A stretch of 45,345 nt of DNA from the NCBI GenBank assembly GCA_043746535.1, contig JAYTQW010000345.1, positions 1-45,345 of the forward strand, written 5' to 3'. Made by a program: the position numbers and the translations under genes. Every line of letters starts with the position of its first letter. Position 1 is the first letter of the stretch. Shown here one piece after another: positions 39,745 through 45,345 of the stretch. Under the pieces are notes generated by a model. The model worked only from the letters and a program-made list of their open reading frames with translations. It searched no databases and was not told where the DNA came from. The stretch is from Rhodospirillales bacterium (GTDB taxonomy: Bacteria; Pseudomonadota; Alphaproteobacteria; Acetobacterales; Acetobacteraceae).

Positions 39745-41766
39745 ATGGTTCACCCACCGGGTCCGCCCATGCATGACAGCCCGGCCACCGCGTCGGTGCC
39801 GTCGGGCTTAGCGCAGTCGGGCCTAGCACAGTCGGGCCTAGCGCCGTTAGGCCAGGTGCGCGACCGTTCATCGGAGCCGACGGCCAGCCATGCCGCCGGG
39901 CTGCGGTCGCAGAAGCTGCGCCTGCCGGCCCTGCTCGGCGTGCTCGGCATTGTCTATGGCGACATTGGCACCAGCCCGCTCTATGCGTTCAAGACCAGCC
40001 TCGACCATTTCCAGCACACCGGCATGAACATGCCGGAGGTGCTGGGCATCCTGTCGCTGATCTTCTGGGCGCTGATCCTGATCGTCACCTTCAAGTACGT
40101 CCTCCTGGTGATGCGCGCCGACAACCGGGGCGAGGGCGGCATCCTGGCGCTGATGGCGATGGCGCAGCGCTCCGCGTCGGGACCGCGCGTGCGGACGGCG
40201 CTCGCCTTCGCGGGCATCGCCGGCGCTTGCCTGTTCTTCGGCGACGGCGCCATCACTCCCGCGATCTCCGTACTGTCGGCGGTGGAGGGGCTGGAGGTGG
40301 CCTCGCCACAGCTCGCGACCTTCGTGCTGCCGGCCTCCGCCGTCATCATCGTCATCCTGTTCGCCGTGCAGTGGCGCGGCACCGGCAGCGTGGGCCGGGT
40401 GTTCGGGCCGGTCATGGTGGTCTGGTTCGCCGCGATCGGGCTGCTCGGGCTGGCCCAGGTGGCGCAGCACCCCGCCGTGCTGCAAGCCCTCTCGCCCAGC
40501 TACGGCGTCATGCTGTGCGTCCACTACAGGCTGGTCGCCTTCCTGGCGCTCGGCTCGGTCGTGCTGGCGGTGACCGGGGCGGAGGCGCTGTACGCTGACA
40601 TGGGCCATTTCGGCGCGCGGCCGATCCGCATGGTGTGGCTGGCATTCGTGCTGCCCTGCCTCGTACTCAACTATTTCGGCCAGGGCGCCCTGGTGCTGAG
40701 CGACCCGACCGCCGTCGCCAACCCGTTCTTCCTGATGGCGCCGCACTGGCTGCGGCTGCCGCTGGTGCTGCTGGCGACGATGGCGACGGTGATCGCCAGC
40801 CAGGCGCTGATCTCCGGCGCCTACTCGATGGCGCGGCAGTGCATGCAGTTGGGCTTCCTGCCGCGCATGACGGTGACCCACACCAGCGCCACCGAGGAAG
40901 GCCAGATCTACGTGCCGCAGATCAACACCGCGCTGATGATCGGCGTGTTGCTGCTGGTGTTCGCCTTCCGCACCAGCGACGCGCTCGCCTCCGCCTACGG
41001 CATCGCCGTCACCGGCACGTTCATCTGCACCGGTGTCCTGGCGGCGTTCGTGTTCCGCCGCCAGTTCGGCTGGTCGCGCTGGCGCGCGCTGTCGGTGTGG
41101 GGCGGCTTCTTCGTCATCGACTGCATCTTCTTCGCGGCCAACCTGCCGAAGGTGCCGGAGGGCGGCTGGGTGCCGCTGGTGCTGGGCGGCGCGCTGCTGC
41201 TGATGATGACCTCGTGGAAGCGCGGACGCGACCTGCTGTTCGCCCGCTGGAAGCAGGACAGCCTGCTGCTGGCCTCGTTCCTGGCCCGGCTGCCGCAGTC
41301 GCGCACCGTCCGCGTGCCCGGCATGGCGGTGTTCATGACCGGCAACCCGGACTACGTCCCGGCGGCGCTGCTGCACAACCTGAAGCACAACAAGGTGCTG
41401 CACGAGCGGGTGCTGTTCGTCACCATCTCCAACCTGGACGTGCCGGAGGTGGCGCCCGACGAGCGCATAGAGGTGACCACCCTGGCGCCGGGCATCCACC
41501 GCGTGCTGATCCGCTACGGCTTCATGGAAAGCCCGAACATGCCGCGCGACCTGCTGGGGCTGCGGGAGAGGGGAGTCGATTTCGACCCGATGCAGGCCAG
41601 CTACTTCCTGGGCCGGGAGACGCTGGTGCCGGCCATCGTGCCGCGCCTGCCGATCTGGCGGCTGTGGCTGTTCCTGGTGATGGCGCGCAATGCCGCCTCG
41701 GCCGTCGAGTTCCTGCGGATCCCCAGCGACCGCGTGGTCGAGCTGGGCGTCCGCATCGCGATCTGA
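39745..41766 (+). CDS. kup: Potassium uptake protein Kup (KUP/HAK/KT family); start uncertain
   Basis: [16 protein letters not shown] signature, about 12 TM helices and a cytoplasmic C-terminal domain. An in-frame GTG at 39856 would give a more typical N-terminal length. Confidence 0.92.
   Translation: MVHPPGPPMHDSPATASVPSGLAQSGLAQSGLAPLGQVRDRSSEPTASHAAGLRSQKLRLPALLGVLGIVYGDIGTSPLYAFKTSLDHFQHTGMNMPEVLGILSLIFWALILIVTFKYVLLVMRADNRGEGGILALMAMAQRSASGPRVRTALAFAGIAGACLFFGDGAITPAISVLSAVEGLEVASPQLATFVLPASAVIIVILFAVQWRGTGSVGRVFGPVMVVWFAAIGLLGLAQVAQHPAVLQALSPSYGVMLCVHYRLVAFLALGSVVLAVTGAEALYADMGHFGARPIRMVWLAFVLPCLVLNYFGQGALVLSDPTAVANPFFLMAPHWLRLPLVLLATMATVIASQALISGAYSMARQCMQLGFLPRMTVTHTSATEEGQIYVPQINTALMIGVLLLVFAFRTSDALASAYGIAVTGTFICTGVLAAFVFRRQFGWSRWRALSVWGGFFVIDCIFFAANLPKVPEGGWVPLVLGGALLLMMTSWKRGRDLLFARWKQDSLLLASFLARLPQSRTVRVPGMAVFMTGNPDYVPAALLHNLKHNKVLHERVLFVTISNLDVPEVAPDERIEVTTLAPGIHRVLIRYGFMESPNMPRDLLGLRERGVDFDPMQASYFLGRETLVPAIVPRLPIWRLWLFLVMARNAASAVEFLRIPSDRVVELGVRIAI
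39801..39845. repeat. 15-bp tandem repeat x3 (gtcgggcctagcgca units) at the kup 5' end
   Basis: Units are gtcgggcttagcgca / gtcgggcctagcaca / gtcgggcctagcgcc, followed by a degenerate fourth unit. If translated, it encodes [15 protein letters not shown]. Confidence 0.9.
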
Positions 41767-41786
41767 GCCACGCAACCTGAGCCATG

Positions 41787-41813
41787 CGGGCGCCGCCGGC
41801 CGGGCGGCGCCTG
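41787..41813. terminator. GC hairpin between convergent kup and glsB (possible bidirectional terminator)
   Basis: GGCGCCGCC-ggccg-GGCGGCGCC is a perfect 9-bp stem, extendable to 11 bp. The trailing T-tract is weak (TGCTTGG). Confidence 0.45.
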
Positions 41814-41824
41814 CTTGGCTGTCG

Positions 41825-42088
41825 TCAGACGCGCCGCCGCGAGCCGCCGGCGATGGCGTGGTAGATCACCAGCACCACCACCGCGCCGACGATGGCGACG
41901 ATCATGCTGTAGATGTTGAACCCGTTGACGCCGACATGGCCGAAGAAGTTGAAGATGTAGCCGCCGACGACGGCGCCGACGACGCCCAGAAGAATGTCCA
42001 CGAACACGCCCTGGCCGCTGCCGCTCACCAGTTTGCTGGCGATGAAGCCGGCGATCAGTCCCAAGACAATCCAGCCGATAATGCCCAT
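41825..42088 (-). CDS. GlsB/YeaQ/YmgE-family stress-response membrane protein
   Basis: 87 aa (MGIIGWIVLGLIAGFIASKL...GVVGAVVGGYIF), the typical transglycosylase-associated small membrane protein pattern. The upstream part of ORF 41825..42316 merely translates repeat copy 3. Confidence 0.85.
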   Translation of the reverse strand: MGIIGWIVLGLIAGFIASKLVSGSGQGVFVDILLGVVGAVVGGYIFNFFGHVGVNGFNIYSMIVAIVGAVVVLVIYHAIAGGSRRRV

Positions 42089-42169
42089 CGCGCAACCTCC
42101 CAAGCCGGCTTCATTGCCCGCATGGCAAGCAAACGCGCAAAGCCGCCGGTCGTTGCCAGAGTGCCCGCA

Positions 42170-42293
42170 TAGGCAAGGCCATGGGCTTTGCCCCTGGACC
42201 CCAGCAAAGGCTGAGCCTTTGCAATCCTCTCTTTTAGAAACGGGGTTTGGGGCCTGTGGTCCCAATGGGTCGAGGGCGACGCCCTCGCCTGCC
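42170..42293 (+). repeat. Structured intergenic repeat, copy 3
   Basis: Full-length match to copies 1, 2 and 4. Hairpin C carries a loop c-to-t change and a stem c-to-t change giving G-U. Confidence 0.9.
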
Positions 42294-42296
42294 TTT

Positions 42297-42779
42297 CTAG
42301 GGAGCCGAGGCGCCAATCCCGGCCACGCTGGCGGTCACCGTCACCGGCGCCGCGTGCTGGAACGTCACCGTCACCGGAAAGCTGTCACCAACGCGGAGCG
42401 GGTGCGCCAGGCTCATCAGCATGACGTGCGTCCCGCCTGGCCGCATCGTCATTGTCGCATTCGCCGGCAAGGGCACCTGGCCGATGTCGCGCATCTTCAT
42501 CACGCCCCGATCGTCCTCGCTGCTGTGCAGCGTCGCCATGGTCGCGGCCGGAGTGGCGACGCCGGTGATGGCGTCGGCTGCGGCACCTTCCTTCACGACG
42601 AGATAGAGGGCGCCATTGGTGACGTCGCCCGGCGTGGCCCGTGCCCATGCGGTCACCATCGGCGCCTCGCCCGCCACGGCGGCACCCGCCAGCAGCAGCA
42701 TGGCGGCGATGCAGGCCCGGTTGGCGATGGCCCCCATGATCGGGCGTTCCATGATCGGGTGTTCCTGGGCGATGGTCAT
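42297..42779 (-). CDS. Periplasmic copper chaperone PCu(A)C (DUF461)
   Basis: Signal peptide, GALYLVVKEG, and a Met/His-rich copper motif region (MATLHSSEDDRGVMKMR...GGTHVMLM). The start overlaps the sco1 stop (ATGA). Confidence 0.88.
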   Translation of the reverse strand: MTIAQEHPIMERPIMGAIANRACIAAMLLLAGAAVAGEAPMVTAWARATPGDVTNGALYLVVKEGAAADAITGVATPAATMATLHSSEDDRGVMKMRDIGQVPLPANATMTMRPGGTHVMLMSLAHPLRVGDSFPVTVTFQHAAPVTVTASVAGIGASAP

Positions 42780-43381
42780 GACAGATGGCGTTTGATGTCG
42801 GCGGCCATTGCCTCGGGTGGCTCGTCGGCGCGGATCGGCGCCACGAACGCGCCATCCGGCCCCATCAGGTACAACAGCGAGCTATGGTCCATGGTATAGT
42901 CGAGCGGACCGGGGCCGGTACGGTGCTGCGCGTAATAGACCCGGTAGGCGCGCGCCACCGCCGCCACCTGCTCCGGCGTGCCGGTCAGGCCGATCAGGCG
43001 AGGCGAGAACGCGGCGACGTAGTCATGCACCAGCTTCGGCGTGTCGCGCTGCGGGTCGATGCTGATGAACACCGGCTGCACCTTGGCGGCATCGGCTCCA
43101 AGCTTGTCCAGCGCCGCGGCCATGTCGTTCAGCGTGGTCGGGCACACGTCCGGGCAGAAGGTGTAGCCGAAGTAGATCAGCGCGAAATGGCCGCGCAGGT
43201 CGCGCTCGGTCACCGTATGGCCGCCGCCGTCCTCCAGCGTGAACGGCCCGCCGATGTCCATTGCCGAGTTCCCGTCCGGTCCAGGCCGCGTGGCGGAGAA
43301 CCACAGGATCGCCGCCACCGCGACCAGCGCCACGGGTGCGGCCACCAGCAAAGGACGGCGCCAACCGAAGGCCAGGGCCAT
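42776..43381 (-). CDS. SCO1/SenC-family copper-binding thioredoxin-like protein
   Basis: 201 aa from MALAFGW with GGAGG 5 nt upstream. TM anchor, the CxxxC motif (FGYTFCPDVCP) and conserved DHSS. The ORF extension to 43552 runs through the tRNA. Confidence 0.9.
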   Translation of the reverse strand: MALAFGWRRPLLVAAPVALVAVAAILWFSATRPGPDGNSAMDIGGPFTLEDGGGHTVTERDLRGHFALIYFGYTFCPDVCPTTLNDMAAALDKLGADAAKVQPVFISIDPQRDTPKLVHDYVAAFSPRLIGLTGTPEQVAAVARAYRVYYAQHRTGPGPLDYTMDHSSLLYLMGPDGAFVAPIRADEPPEAMAADIKRHLS

Positions 43382-43421
43382 CACCGCCTCCATCCAGAAA
43401 GGAGAATGCCAAGAAGGCAAA

Positions 43422-43497
<76 letters not shown>

Positions 43498-43523
43498 ACG
43501 AGCCGCAAGCTGCGGGAGGCGCG

Positions 43524-43552
43524 CACATACCGCGCCGCCACGACGGGGGCAA
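43524..43552 (-). promoter_or_regulatory. Possible sigma70-type promoter for tRNA-Ala
   Basis: On the minus strand, TTGCCC, a 17-nt spacer, then TATGTG. The -10 element ends about 26 nt upstream of the mature tRNA 5' end. Confidence 0.25.
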
Positions 43553-43572
43553 GGGGCGGTGCCGAACTAACC

Positions 43573-43836
43573 ATGGCGACCACGCCCCCCGACGATAGCT
43601 GGCCGCCCAGCTCCGAGCGCGCCGCCGCCAGCAACCTCACAGCCTTCGTCGAGTGGCTGCGCGCCACCGGACGCGACCCGGACGCAACGCCCGCACGATG
43701 CCGCACCCGCGCGGGCCGGGACGCCGACGACTGGCGCCAGCATGTGGCGGCGTTCGCAGGCTTGCCGGCGGCCACGACGCCAGCCGAGATCGACGCCATC
43801 GCCGCCGCATTGTTCGCGGACGAGGCGCCGGTATAG
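43573..43836 (+). pseudogene. 87-aa ORF, possible 5' remnant of an acetoacetyl-CoA synthetase-like gene
   Basis: WPPSSERAAASNLTAFVEWLRATGRD resembles the N-terminal W-x-P...S-x-L-x-x-F pattern of acetoacetyl-CoA synthetases. The ORF is terminated by the TAG that begins repeat copy 4. Confidence 0.3.
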
Positions 43837-43995
43837 GCAAGGCCATGGGCTTTGCCCCTGGACCCTAGCAAAGGCTGAGCCTTTGCAATCCTCTCCTTTA
43901 AGAATGGGGTTTGGGGCCTGCGGCCCCCCACTCTTTAAAAAATGGGGTTTGGGGCCTGCGGCCCCAATGGGTCGAGGGCGACGCCCTCGCCTGCC
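43834..43995 (+). repeat. Structured intergenic repeat, copy 4 (internal duplication of the hairpin C module)
   Basis: Same as the other copies, but aatggggtttggggcctgcggcccc occurs twice, separated by ccactctttaaaa. Length 162 bp. Confidence 0.9.
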
Positions 43996-44000
43996 TGTCC

Positions 44001-44615
44001 CTACGCCAGCAACACCCCATGCTGGCGCAGGAACCCCAGCAGCGGCAACAGCGGCAGCCCGAGGATAGCGGCGTGTTCCCCGCTCACGCTGTCGAACAAC
44101 TGCAATCCCAGGCCCTCCAGCCGGTACGCGCCGACGCAGGCCAGCAGCGCGGCGCCCTCGGCCTCCAGGTAGGCGTCGAGGAAGGCGTCGGAGAAGCGGC
44201 GCATCGTCAGCAGCGGCCGGGCGACGTGGTGCCAGACGCGCTGGTTGCCGCGTTGGCAGGCCACTGCGGTCATCAGCGTGTGCGGCTGGCCGCGCAGGGC
44301 CAGCAGGTGGGTCCGCGCCTCGGCCAGCGTCGCCGGCTTGTCGAACCAGCGCCCGTTGCATACCAGCAGCTGGTCGGCGCCGATCACCAGCGCATCCGGC
44401 CATGCGCGCGCCACCCGCGCCGCCTTCAACTCGGCCAGCAACAGCGCGGTCTCCTCCGGGCCGATGCCTTCCGCGCGGGCGCTGCGCCTGATCTCGTGCT
44501 CGTCGATCGCGGCGGGGCAGACCTCGACGACGACGCCCGCCGCCGCCAGCACCGCCCGCCGCGCCGTGGATGCGCTCGCCAGCACCAGCGCCGGATGCGG
44601 GCGCTGCCAGCTCAC
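44001..44615 (-). CDS. maf: Maf-family nucleoside triphosphate pyrophosphatase
   Basis: 204 aa from a GTG that overlaps the upstream stop (GTGA). [22 protein letters not shown] and AYRLEGLG blocks. Confidence 0.88.
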   Translation of the reverse strand: MSWQRPHPALVLASASTARRAVLAAAGVVVEVCPAAIDEHEIRRSARAEGIGPEETALLLAELKAARVARAWPDALVIGADQLLVCNGRWFDKPATLAEARTHLLALRGQPHTLMTAVACQRGNQRVWHHVARPLLTMRRFSDAFLDAYLEAEGAALLACVGAYRLEGLGLQLFDSVSGEHAAILGLPLLPLLGFLRQHGVLLA

Positions 44616-45345
44616 GCCGGCTTCCCAGCCACCCGTGTCTCGGCCACCCGCGCCTCGGCGGCACGCTTGGCGCGTTCGTGCCAGGCCTCCATCATTTGCA
44701 GCACCGTCGCCGCCGTCTCCTCGATCGACCGCCTCGTCACGTCGATCACCGGCCAACCGCGGCGGGCGCACATGCGGCGGGCCCAGAGCAACTCGGCCTT
44801 CACCGCCTCGACATCGATGTAGTCGGTCTGCTCGTTCCTGATCCGCCCGGTGTCGCCGCCGGCGGCGATCAGCTTCAGGCGATGGCGGCGGATCTCGATC
44901 AGCGCCATGGGATCGAGCGTCAGGCCGACGACCGGGCAGGCCGGTTCCTCGAGGCCGGGCGGATCGGGCGTGCCGGGCACCAGGGGGACGTTGGCGGCCT
45001 TGATGCCGCGGTTGGCGAGATAGAACGACGTCGGCGTCTTGCTGCTGCGCGACACGCCGACCATCACGACGTCCGCCTCGCGGATGCCGGCCTGCGCCTG
45101 GCCGTCGTCGTGCGCCAACACATAGTGCATGGCGTCGATACGACGGAAGTAGTCGGCGTCCAGCACGTACTGGCGACCGGGACGGGACTGCGCGGTTTCG
45201 CCGAGCTGCTCCTGCAGGAGCGTCATCACCGGGTCGAGCACGTTCACGACCGAGACGCCGAGACGCTGGCACGTCGTCTCGAGGTCGTTGCGGAGCGCCA
45301 GGTCGATTACCGTGGACAGCACTGGGCCCGGCTCGGCCTCGATGC
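44612..45345 (-). CDS. Pyruvate,phosphate dikinase / PEP synthase regulatory protein (DUF299 kinase/pyrophosphorylase), 5'-partial at window edge
   Basis: P-loop ([15 protein letters not shown]) and a conserved C-terminal half. The reading frame stays open to the end of the window, so the N-terminus is missing. Confidence 0.85.
   Translation of the reverse strand, partial: IEAEPGPVLSTVIDLALRNDLETTCQRLGVSVVNVLDPVMTLLQEQLGETAQSRPGRQYVLDADYFRRIDAMHYVLAHDDGQAQAGIREADVVMVGVSRSSKTPTSFYLANRGIKAANVPLVPGTPDPPGLEEPACPVVGLTLDPMALIEIRRHRLKLIAAGGDTGRIRNEQTDYIDVEAVKAELLWARRMCARRGWPVIDVTRRSIEETAATVLQMMEAWHERAKRAAEARVAETRVAGKPA

Overview
This is a high-GC chromosomal segment (flanks about 70-75% GC by hand count). 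Gene content and synteny point to an alphaproteobacterium, possibly Rhodospirillales or Acetobacteraceae, but that placement is inference. Evidence for it: rsmG-parA-parB convergent with leuS-lptE-holA, the miaB-phoH-ybeY-corC cluster, tamAB, and sco1-pcuAC.

I call about 40 protein genes and one tRNA-Ala(GGC). In order:
- MFS transporter, DUF3311 protein plus sodium:solute symporter, and a repeat-containing membrane protein
- tamB-tamA
- PlsC-type acyltransferase, miaB-phoH-ybeY-corC, and a metallophosphoesterase
- AstE/AspA-type deacylase, EamA transporter, and phaB / low-GC ORFan / phaA
- Lipoprotein alpha/beta hydrolase, a zf-CHCC protein, and polA
- modCBA, qor, and rsmG-parA-parB
- holA-lptE-leuS, a DUF3576 lipoprotein, and a porin
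- ThiE-like protein, yggS, kup, and glsB
- pcuAC-sco1, tRNA-Ala, maf, and a partial PPDK/PEP-synthase regulator

I see no CRISPR array, IS element, transposase, integrase, prophage, toxin-antitoxin pair or recognisable defence system. Most of the window is core housekeeping.

The features not explained by ordinary annotation are:
1. An unclassified ~125-bp intergenic repeat built of four consecutive GC hairpins. It occurs four times, all in the same orientation, and one copy has an internal module duplication.
2. A ~0.8-kb low-GC segment encoding a secreted ORFan, wedged between phaA and phaB.
3. A near-consensus parS site inside rsmG.
4. An AT-rich polA/modC spacer with two perfect A/T-arm palindromes.
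5. Three in-frame coding tandem repeats: two with 15-bp units and one (GCG)10.
6. A ybeY gene whose conserved N-terminus has no canonical start codon.

All functional calls come from motif recognition by eye. No database search was possible.
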